From the IMG/VR virus record IMGVR_UViG_3300044787_000016, positions 1-46,303 of that record: DNA of 46,303 nt; one strand, 5' to 3'. Within the stretch, counting starts at the first letter, position 1, and the number at the start of each line of letters is the position of its first letter. This document shows positions 16,776-24,047 of the stretch, in pieces. The notes under the pieces were generated by a model that saw nothing but the letters and a program-made list of their open reading frames with translations, was not told where the DNA came from and did no database searches. The position numbers and the translations under genes were made by a program. The DNA is from a virus (taxonomy: Duplodnaviria > Caudoviricetes).

Positions 16776-16943
16776 TCATCGGACTTCACATTCGAGTAGT
16801 GTGTCCCATGCGACGAATGCCCCGCCGGGAAGGAAGGGATTCGGGCAGGTTGGACTAGGGGAGCACTGACAGGCCAGGACGAGCCATAAGGCAATGCCTA
16901 AACCTGTGGAAAGGGCGATAAAGAAGCTGAATCGAGTTTTCAT
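16776..16943 (-). CDS. Small putative lipoprotein/membrane protein (not in ORF track)
   Basis: Manual translation MKTRFSFFIALSTGLGIALWLVLACQC...; lipobox-like VLAC. Confidence 0.45.
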   Translation of the reverse strand: MKTRFSFFIALSTGLGIALWLVLACQCSPSPTCPNPFLPGGAFVAWDTLLECEVR

Positions 16944-17443
16944 GCAGCCTTTACCTCAAGGTATGGATTGATGGAGAAAGGTGCCTTGCATCGTGCGCAA
17001 AGCTTTGAACCAGGACGCTTTAAGATGGCGGTTCGCATTTGTTTAGAAACGCGATGGGAGCGACAAGGGCAATGGATCCAGGTTGCGTGGTTCCATGCGG
17101 CTTGATTTGCGGTCGCAACGGCTCCGGGATCGCTTGAGCATTCGTCGGGGCGGGCGCCGACAGCGTACATGAGAGCGCGCCATGGGAGCCCATGCCCTGA
17201 GGCTTGGCCGTTTAGAAATGCGTCAGCTAAGTGCATAGCCTCATGGATTAGGGTTTGACGCTTCCCTTCAGGAGTTGCGCCAAGCCACGATTTGGAAAGC
17301 TTGACGCGAGTGAACCCATATCCTATCTCTGCACGCCCGCAGTAGTTATAGGCGCGAGTGTATAGGATTTGCGGGGAAGGGCACCTAGGGGTGACCTTAT
17401 CTAAGGCCTCGCGTATGATGGTTTCGACTTCATGGGTGTTCAT
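16940..17443 (-). CDS. SprT-like zinc metalloprotease
   Basis: GRA, TLIHEAMH, GHGLPWRALM, C-terminal CPC...CARC. Confidence 0.82.
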   Translation of the reverse strand: MNTHEVETIIREALDKVTPRCPSPQILYTRAYNYCGRAEIGYGFTRVKLSKSWLGATPEGKRQTLIHEAMHLADAFLNGQASGHGLPWRALMYAVGARPDECSSDPGAVATANQAAWNHATWIHCPCRSHRVSKQMRTAILKRPGSKLCARCKAPFSINPYLEVKAA

Positions 17444-17447
17444 GGTG

Positions 17448-17732
17448 TTAGACTCTCGCAAGGCGCGTGCCGTTTCGGATGGTACGCTTGGAAAGGTATG
17501 CCATACAACGGTTTACGCGTCCAATGCACTCATCTGCGTAGTGTCCATCAAGGCCTAAGATTGGGGCATTTTGCAATGTACGCAATGCTACATTGCGCGC
17601 ATGGCAGATAGCCGCAACGGCACGAACGGTCCACGGCCAGGCCTTAGGCATAGGTTCGCAGTGGAACAAGCATCCATGAAACCTACGATAAGGGGCGCGG
17701 CAAAATCCGCAAATCGAGGGTGAGGTGACCAT
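17448..17732 (-). CDS. Hypothetical protein
   Basis: ORF between gp88-like and sprT-like genes; CGFC motif. Confidence 0.4.
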   Translation of the reverse strand: MVTSPSICGFCRAPYRRFHGCLFHCEPMPKAWPWTVRAVAAICHARNVALRTLQNAPILGLDGHYADECIGRVNRCMAYLSKRTIRNGTRLARV

Positions 17733-17733
17733 T

Positions 17734-18423
17734 TTAAGCGGCTTCCCTTCTCTGAAGGACAACAGCCCATTTGATCGGGGCTTTTTGCCCGTGGACGTGG
17801 TAGTCAACATGCGAAATGGACTTATCCCAACATGCCCTACACTTCGCGGCCTCGCAGGATCCGGCGGATTGCTTTGGACATCCCGGACCGGTTGACGCGA
17901 CGCCCGACGATAGGGGCAATGCCCTATCCCCCGGGATCGGCTCATCTACCCTAAGGGCAGAGCGACGTAAGGCAACGTTGGGAAGGGATGCTAAGGCCTT
18001 CAGGGCCGATGCATACTCCGGGCGCCACCATACGCGCGTTGGAATCCAAAATGAGACATTGGGGAGAGATGCACAAATCTCGGACCAGATGCGGACATCC
18101 TCGACTGTGGCAAAATCCCCAGAATCAAAGACCCGGAAAAATGGAACCTTGCGGCAAGCGGATTGGATCGCGCCGACAAGGGTAGAGATACGCTCAACTC
18201 GGGGTGTAGTGGTCCACCATGTCCAACGCGCCATTTGGGCGCGTATGACGTTTGGCATAGCGTAACGGCCTTGGCCAGCATAGCAAGAGCCGCAGATAGT
18301 ACCCGGCCCTCCCTTAAAGCCTCCGCACGTTGTGGGTCCGGCGGGTAGAGACCAAGACATGCATGACATGGCCTCAGTTTCAGAGAGTAGGCTAACGGTT
18401 GAGCCGGGTACTTTGGGAGTCAA
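17734..18423 (-). CDS. Gp88-like protein (Cys-rich, radical-SAM-like fold)
   Basis: WSLPAG.TC...ICGSCYA..GRY, FRVFDSGDF, WIPTR, LPNV, CP...C...CRACW. Confidence 0.75.
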   Translation of the reverse strand: MTPKVPGSTVSLLSETEAMSCMSWSLPAGPTTCGGFKGGPGTICGSCYAGQGRYAMPNVIRAQMARWTWWTTTPRVERISTLVGAIQSACRKVPFFRVFDSGDFATVEDVRIWSEICASLPNVSFWIPTRVWWRPEYASALKALASLPNVALRRSALRVDEPIPGDRALPLSSGVASTGPGCPKQSAGSCEAAKCRACWDKSISHVDYHVHGQKAPIKWAVVLQRREAA

Positions 18424-18424
18424 T

Positions 18425-18652
18425 TTAGGTTCCGTTGTATGGGGTAGAGTAGATTAGGCCCCCGTGTGTCCATCCGGTCTGATAGCCTTGCGAGTAGGCG
18501 CCGACGTAGGAATCAGGGGCTTGGTCGCTGCCACAATGCCATGCGTACTCGGATTTGATTCCGAGATAGCGGTCGCGAAGGCCGTTTTCGTAACCATGAT
18601 CGTAGGCGGCAGTTTGCGCGATGTGTTGATCTTGTGTACGGGCGGGTTTCAT
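18425..18652 (-). CDS. Hypothetical early protein
   Basis: GGAG SD; AY..GY..G repeats. Confidence 0.55.
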   Translation of the reverse strand: MKPARTQDQHIAQTAAYDHGYENGLRDRYLGIKSEYAWHCGSDQAPDSYVGAYSQGYQTGWTHGGLIYSTPYNGT

Positions 18653-18861
18653 TTGATTGTCTCCACAAGGGATACCATAGGCAGGCCTGCGAGGGTCGCA
18701 GGTTGAGCCCTTACGACCCAAACTGAATCAATGGCGCCCCATGTCCCGGGGTGCGCTGGATCGCGAAGGTTAAGGATCGCAAGGCGCTTAGTAGGCGCTA
18801 GGACGTTATAGCGCCGTCCATCGGATAGCTTGATCGTCCAAAGCTTAACGCGCGGGATCAT
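18649..18861 (-). CDS. Hypothetical early protein
   Basis: ATGA-coupled. Confidence 0.55.
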   Translation of the reverse strand: MIPRVKLWTIKLSDGRRYNVLAPTKRLAILNLRDPAHPGTWGAIDSVWVVRAQPATLAGLPMVSLVETIK

Positions 18862-19064
18862 GACAGCACCTTGACGATCATGCCCTCGACAACGCGCACG
18901 CGAGCGTAGAATCTATGGGGCTCAGGAAAATGCGGGCCCTCAAGCGTATGCTCTCCATCCGCAACGTTCGGACCAAAGGGGCCAGGTTGAAAGCACGCAA
19001 CGGGCGCAAGTTTCACGGCTTCCTTCAGGGCTTTCTTAGATTTGAAATTTTGGATTGAGTACAT
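18858..19064 (-). CDS. Conserved small phage protein
   Basis: NFKSKKALKEAV...QPGPFG...EGPHFPEPHRFYA.V.V..G..VKV. Confidence 0.65.
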   Translation of the reverse strand: MYSIQNFKSKKALKEAVKLAPVACFQPGPFGPNVADGEHTLEGPHFPEPHRFYARVRVVEGMIVKVLS

Positions 19065-19066
19065 GG

Positions 19067-19237
19067 TTAGGCCGCCTTTCTGTTAGTACGGAACGTAACA
19101 GGGCGTCCCATGGTGGATGATGCGAGCATAACGGCCCAGCAAGATCCAGACCGAATGACAGCGTAGGGCATGGAATGAATTTGCGCTAAGCGCGAAGCGT
19201 ATGCTTGCGCGGTTTCGATTGAGCGGAAGTGAATCAT
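19067..19237 (-). CDS. Hypothetical early protein
   Basis: GGAG SD before MIHF. Confidence 0.5.
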   Translation of the reverse strand: MIHFRSIETAQAYASRLAQIHSMPYAVIRSGSCWAVMLASSTMGRPVTFRTNRKAA

Positions 19238-19241
19238 GGCC

Positions 19242-19394
19242 TTAGTTATCTCCAAAGCCCTTGCGGATAAGGCAAGGGATGATGAACACATGGATGCGAC
19301 CGCGAAAGCGCAGGCCTATCCCATAGGTTGACAAGCTGATACGCTTGTCCCCTGTATGGGCTCTGAAGGATCGATGAAGGATCGGGCTTCGCAT
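19242..19394 (-). CDS. Hypothetical early protein (first gene of left arm)
   Basis: ORF MRSPIL... downstream of the predicted promoter. Confidence 0.45.
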   Translation of the reverse strand: MRSPILHRSFRAHTGDKRISLSTYGIGLRFRGRIHVFIIPCLIRKGFGDN

Positions 19395-19449
19395 TGGATT
19401 TTCACTCTCTTTTCTCGCTCGCACTATTGCGGCGACGATCGAACACTCC

Positions 19450-19482
19450 AGCATGTATCATGCCCGCGCTAAGTTGTTTGTT
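19450..19482 (-). promoter_or_regulatory. Sigma54-like -24/-12 promoter with adjacent IHF-like site
   Basis: Minus strand GGGCATGATACATGCT (GG-N10-GC) preceded by AACAAACAACTTA (IHF consensus WATCAANNNNTTR, 2 mismatches). Confidence 0.5.
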
Positions 19483-19560
19483 TTCAATGGACTCGTGCAT
19501 ATATATGGGGCAAAGCGCAATTGCAGTAGGGGTATTTTGCACGCTGGTCTCGGGGTGATG

Positions 19561-19608
19561 GTGTAGGTGAGAGTGTAGGTGAGGCTATGGCATGGGCTTA
19601 GGTGAGAG
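19561..19608. repeat. Short direct repeats (GTG)TAGGTGAG x3
   Basis: GTGTAGGTGAG at 19561 and 19573; TAGGTGAG at 19599. Confidence 0.65.
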
Positions 19609-19678
19609 CACGCGCGCGTGAGGCGACGCCTTGGGGTAGGGTGGAGCCCCTCTGCGATATTTTCCTATAATCCCCTAA

Positions 19679-19707
19679 TTGACTCGCGCCCCGGACTAAA
19701 GTACGAT
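19679..19707 (+). promoter_or_regulatory. Sigma70-type promoter of right arm
   Basis: TTGACT-N17-TACGAT, 9 nt before ATG 19717. Confidence 0.7.
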
Positions 19708-19716
19708 TGCCAGGTT

Positions 19717-20508
19717 ATGACTGAGGAACCTACCCCTGCGAAAATTCACCCACCCACTAAAGTCAAATCTAGAGGCCGGACAAAAACCATGTCCAGGCAG
19801 GCTGGAGTCCGGCTAACTCCTTCGCAGCAACAGCATTTGCTCGAAATGCTCCTGACGAAATATAAGGCAGCGAATGGGGGACCTGGCCATGGGCTCTCAG
19901 ACCGCCAAATCGCTATGCGCCTTGGGGTTGGCTTCCGCTCGGTGGGTCGATATAAGGCCCTATTCATCAAGAGATCCCCGGAACTCGCTGAGGCTATCCA
20001 GGGTACTCAGTTGGATAGTATTACGAATCTCTGCCGACTCGTTTCGAGTCAAAACGTTGATATAGATAACACTTGGGATCCAATTCCCAGAGATCCTAAA
20101 CCAGAACCCCCTCCGGCTGAGCCGGAACCCCCTAAGGAAGAAAGGCTAAAGAAAGCCGCCCAGGACCATGGACTGTCCACGATCAGATCTGAAGGGACCC
20201 TCCCCGTTGAAGAGATGCTTCGGGTCCTTTCCGAGATGGCGACCATGGGACCCCCGCAATATCGGGTCCAGGCCGTCAAGCTCCTCGATGAACTCCAGGC
20301 AATTCACCGCCCTGTCGAGTCCTTTGGCCCACCTCCACCGCTTACTCCTGAGGAACGAACCTCCCGCCTTACCGTCTTGATGGAAGTCTGTGGGAAAGAA
20401 ACCACAGACGCCGCCTACGCCCGTCTTTGGGGACCTGATGTCAGACAAGACCAGCCGCCGATGGAGTCACCACCGGCTGCGGAAGCACCTAAGGAAACTC
20501 CTGCGTGA
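19717..20508 (+). CDS. HTH protein, candidate terminase small subunit
   Basis: LSDRQIAMRLGVGFRSVGRY helix-turn-helix; positioned upstream of TerL. Confidence 0.5.
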   Translation: MTEEPTPAKIHPPTKVKSRGRTKTMSRQAGVRLTPSQQQHLLEMLLTKYKAANGGPGHGLSDRQIAMRLGVGFRSVGRYKALFIKRSPELAEAIQGTQLDSITNLCRLVSSQNVDIDNTWDPIPRDPKPEPPPAEPEPPKEERLKKAAQDHGLSTIRSEGTLPVEEMLRVLSEMATMGPPQYRVQAVKLLDELQAIHRPVESFGPPPPLTPEERTSRLTVLMEVCGKETTDAAYARLWGPDVRQDQPPMESPPAAEAPKETPA

Positions 20509-21022
20509 TCCCCGAGTTGAAATCAAGCTCGAAACCCTACCAGATTCTCTGGGTTGTGATGCCCACACCAAATGGACAACTAGTTCCACCATTCGCATCG
20601 TTATCGACACCGCCCGAGTCGGACTGGTTCGAGGCGCGATCCATGAGCTACTCCACGTCCTTCTGGATGGAACCATGTGGCCCTTCTCCGAGGATGTCGA
20701 GGAATCTATCGTAAACGCCCTAGAGGAAGACCTTTACGAAGCCCTGGTGATCGAGAACAAGTTGGAGGCCTTCGCCACCCTTGTCCAGACCAGGGTGATT
20801 ACCACCCCCCGAGTTAGGCCCAATATGCCCCGAAAGTCTCCTTCATCCGCTTCCTCTAAGCGGAAGGTCGAAAAGACCCTATCTGAATTTAAGGCGGGAT
20901 CCCTTCATACAGGCTCCGAAAAAGGTCCCCTGGTGACCGACCGTAAGCAGGCCGTTGCGATCGCTCTCAGTCAGGCCAAGAAGGCCAGATCCCGCCCTTC
21001 ATCTCCTGGAAAGCCTTATTAA
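20438..21022 (+). CDS. HExxH-motif protein fused in frame to a DUF6496-like domain
   Basis: AIHELLH; C-terminal KVEKTLSEFKAGSLHTGS...VTDRKQAVAIALSQA; internal ATG at 20825. Confidence 0.6.
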   Translation: MSDKTSRRWSHHRLRKHLRKLLRDPRVEIKLETLPDSLGCDAHTKWTTSSTIRIVIDTARVGLVRGAIHELLHVLLDGTMWPFSEDVEESIVNALEEDLYEALVIENKLEAFATLVQTRVITTPRVRPNMPRKSPSSASSKRKVEKTLSEFKAGSLHTGSEKGPLVTDRKQAVAIALSQAKKARSRPSSPGKPY

Positions 21023-21028
21023 GTTGAA

Positions 21029-22783
21029 TTGGTCCGTAGCTTAATGTCAGAGCTTCCGTCTCCAAAACGGGAAGGTGTAGGTTCAAGTCCTACCGGGCTA
21101 GCCATTTGGCCCACAGGCATAGAGCGATCCCTCCTTGCGGATGCTTGTGTCCAGCATTTCTGGCCTTTCCTTTGTTACGCCTTTGGAGTGAAAAAGAACC
21201 CCAAGGGGGCGTGGTTGGATGAAGAGATCCATAAGCCCCTCTGTGACTGGCTTGAGAAGGTCGCTCGGGAATGGCTCGCGATGCGGGCCTCGGGAAAGCA
21301 GGAACGGTTCTATATCCTCATCGATGCTGCACGCGACTCGGGGAAGACCGTTATTGTAACGAAGGCCTTCACGGTCTGGCTCCATCTCCAGGAACCGGAC
21401 ATGGCCTCGGTCATTGACTCCCTGACCATGGAACGATCCATGGAGTTTGCGGAGATTGCAAAGCGTCTCTGGGAGGGAAAGGATCCCTGTGCATACTTCA
21501 CCTGGCTCTATGGAAAGTGGGAAGGCCCCGATATCTGGACAAAGAAGCGACTTGTCCATAGAGCACGAAAACTCTCCCTCTCTGAAGCTAGTCTGGAGTG
21601 TATCTCCGTTGACACCGGAGCTACTGGAGACCATCCTGACCACATTACGATTGATGACCCAGTTAGCCGGGATAAGCTCAGAGAGTCAGGTAATTATATT
21701 CAGGTTGCCAACACCCACTTCGGAGCCCTCTTCCCCGTCCTAAAGAACGACTCCCTTTTGGTCCTTTGTGCGACCCCCTATATGGATGGGGATGTGGTGA
21801 CAAACGCCATCGTCATCGATGGGATCAAGGAACTTATCGGCCAGCAACTCCCCTTGGAGTATAGGAAGCACCTGAGGAAGGACGGGAAGTGGCGGATGTA
21901 CTATATGCCCGCCGCAGGGGAGGATGGGAAGACCCTGATGCCCAAGTCCTGGCCTCAGAACGAACTTGATAACTACCGGAGGAAGTACCCAGCGGAGTAC
22001 GCGGCTCAATGCCTTCTTCGTCCGGGCTCGGGAGACCAGGTGCCTCTTACATGGGATCAGATCCAACAGTGCATTGTTGAGCGAAAAGACGTCCCCAAGA
22101 ACCTAACCATTACCATCCATTGCGATACAGCCTTCAAGAATCCTGATCGCATGGGCCTTGGAGATGATTCGGTCATTGAAATTTGGGGTCATGCAACCAA
22201 TGGAGACGTCTACTACCTAGAGGGATATGGTTCAAATAGATGGAGGTCTGAGGACTTCACCGATAAGCTCGTCTCCATCGTTCAGCGATATAAGAAGTCA
22301 GGCCGGCAGATCCGTTGGATGACGGATGATAGGACCCTTGGAGGGAAAGAGGGCCTTTGGAGAGACCATCTTCAATCATGCTTCTCCAACGCTCAAATGT
22401 GGATGCCCCCCTTCATGGAGATTAATCGCCGGGCTGGCCCAAATAAAGTTGCCCGAATCGCAGAGCCCGCAGGCTATTGGGTTGATGGCCATGTAAAGCT
22501 CGTTAGGGATGCCCCTGGGATCGATCAACTTATGTGGCAGATGGCCCGGATTGGCGTTTCTGAGCATGATGACTGGTCGGAGTGCGCTGCTGACGTCTTC
22601 CACCCAGAAGTGTATTGTCCAAACCTTCCTCCCGGGACAGATGCCGCACCACCCGTACCTTCGCGCCCCTGGGATAGAGAACTCCAAACAGGCCGCATCT
22701 CCAACTCAGACGCCCAAGATATCTATGACACCTACTTTCAAGATGAGGAACCTACTCGTTGGATGCGCGACCCGATCCGTTGA
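21029..22783 (+). CDS. terL: Terminase large subunit (start uncertain)
   Basis: Walker A ARDSGKT, TGDHPDHITIDD (Walker B), ATPY, nuclease HCDTA, DDS, HDD. Confidence 0.88.
   Translation: MVRSLMSELPSPKREGVGSSPTGLAIWPTGIERSLLADACVQHFWPFLCYAFGVKKNPKGAWLDEEIHKPLCDWLEKVAREWLAMRASGKQERFYILIDAARDSGKTVIVTKAFTVWLHLQEPDMASVIDSLTMERSMEFAEIAKRLWEGKDPCAYFTWLYGKWEGPDIWTKKRLVHRARKLSLSEASLECISVDTGATGDHPDHITIDDPVSRDKLRESGNYIQVANTHFGALFPVLKNDSLLVLCATPYMDGDVVTNAIVIDGIKELIGQQLPLEYRKHLRKDGKWRMYYMPAAGEDGKTLMPKSWPQNELDNYRRKYPAEYAAQCLLRPGSGDQVPLTWDQIQQCIVERKDVPKNLTITIHCDTAFKNPDRMGLGDDSVIEIWGHATNGDVYYLEGYGSNRWRSEDFTDKLVSIVQRYKKSGRQIRWMTDDRTLGGKEGLWRDHLQSCFSNAQMWMPPFMEINRRAGPNKVARIAEPAGYWVDGHVKLVRDAPGIDQLMWQMARIGVSEHDDWSECAADVFHPEVYCPNLPPGTDAAPPVPSRPWDRELQTGRISNSDAQDIYDTYFQDEEPTRWMRDPIR
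21030..21104 (+). tRNA. tRNA-Trp(CCA), CCA end encoded, atypical D-loop
   Basis: TGGTCCG/CGGGCTA, GCTT/GAGC, TCCGT-CTCCAAA-ACGGG, GTAGG-TTCAAGT-CCTAC, GCCA. Confidence 0.85.
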
Positions 22784-23340
22784 TCGTCTTTTTTGATACC
22801 GAAATCTCCAAGTCCGTCGATGAAGTAGGCGGATGGGAGAACGTAGCGCAAGGCCATGCAGGTCTTTCTGCCGCCGTTACTGTCTCTGCCCCTACCCCCC
22901 GGGTTGGGCTCTTTGATCTCCACACTGTTGAGAACCTAGTTAACTACCTTGAGGACGCTGATGTAGTGGTGTCCTTTAATGGAAGAGGATTTGATGTACC
23001 CTTACTCGCGTCGCTCGTCGGACGACCCCTCGTCCTCCCCCGCCATATTGATCTTTGCGATCTCATCTCCCGATCTGTTGGGAAACCTAAGCACGGCGCC
23101 TGGAGTCTCGACGCCATCTGCCGACGAACTCTTGGATATGGTAAGACTGGAACGGGAGAGTTTGCTCCTGAGCTTGCGAAAGCTGGACGCTTTGGAGAAC
23201 TTTTTGACTATTGTTTGAATGATGTGTATATCCTCCAGGACCTCTTCGAACATATCCGTGTGAAGGGTTTTGTGGTGGGAACGCTGGGAGAAGAGATTCT
23301 CCTCCCCAAGGTGCAGGAGGCCATTAATGGCGTTTGTTGA
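22759..23340 (+). CDS. RNase H-like / DEDD 3'-5' exonuclease (YprB-like)
   Basis: FFDTE, SFNGRGFDVP, HIDL, SLDAI, YCLNDV. Confidence 0.82.
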   Translation: MDARPDPLIVFFDTEISKSVDEVGGWENVAQGHAGLSAAVTVSAPTPRVGLFDLHTVENLVNYLEDADVVVSFNGRGFDVPLLASLVGRPLVLPRHIDLCDLISRSVGKPKHGAWSLDAICRRTLGYGKTGTGEFAPELAKAGRFGELFDYCLNDVYILQDLFEHIRVKGFVVGTLGEEILLPKVQEAINGVC

Positions 23341-23842
23341 GGGTGGACTTAATTTGAATCTTGGGGCGAATTATCATGCCCGCCCTGAATTTACGAATGT
23401 GGATATCCATCCATACCCCGGAGTCCAGGTAATTTGTGACCTAGAGAAGACATGGCCGTGGGAAGATGGTTCGGTGGATTATATCCTCGCGGAGGATATC
23501 TTCGAGCACTTGCATGATCCCATCCACGCCATGAATGAAACATGGCGAGTCCTTAAAATGGGCGGGGAGATCTCGATTTGGGTCCCTTCTACAGATGGAA
23601 GAGGAGCTTTCCAGGATCCTACGCACGTCTCCTATTGGAACCCAAATACCTTCCTTTATTACTCAGCTAACCATCCTGAGTACCACGACATATACCCACA
23701 TCTGATAAAATCATCTTTCGACATCTCCTTTGGCGAGTCGCCTCCCTCGCCCCTTAAGGTCATCTGGATCCGTGCCGTTTGCCGAAAGGTGCCGAACAAT
23801 GTTAAGCAACTGGTTCACGATGGAGTTCCCGGAGGCTCTTAA
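23327..23842 (+). CDS. Class I SAM-dependent methyltransferase
   Basis: LNLGA, NVD, CDL..TWPW.DGSVD, FEHL, RVLK.GG, DPTH. Confidence 0.85.
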   Translation: MAFVEGGLNLNLGANYHARPEFTNVDIHPYPGVQVICDLEKTWPWEDGSVDYILAEDIFEHLHDPIHAMNETWRVLKMGGEISIWVPSTDGRGAFQDPTHVSYWNPNTFLYYSANHPEYHDIYPHLIKSSFDISFGESPPSPLKVIWIRAVCRKVPNNVKQLVHDGVPGGS

Positions 23843-24041
23843 GGATATCTTAGAGGTTCCTATTGACGAAGCTGGGTTAGAAGACTATGATCCAGATGAG
23901 TTATGGTGCGTCTCCTTAGTGATTTGCCTGGAGTGCGGTGAGGCCTGGAAGGCCTGTTGGACGGATGGGCCAGGGAATGAGTTCATCCTGGATTGTCCTA
24001 ACTGTGGGGCACACCATTCAGCCCCTATTGTAAGCGAATAA
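23820..24041 (+). CDS. Small acidic Zn-ribbon protein
   Basis: CLECG...CPNCG. Confidence 0.55.
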   Translation: MEFPEALKDILEVPIDEAGLEDYDPDELWCVSLVICLECGEAWKACWTDGPGNEFILDCPNCGAHHSAPIVSE

Positions 24042-24047
24042 ATACAA

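Noticed and set aside
13390-21104. tRNAs as prophage attachment sites / temperate lifestyle
   Set aside because: No integrase, repressor or host flanking genes are recognisable, and there is no duplicated tRNA 3' end.
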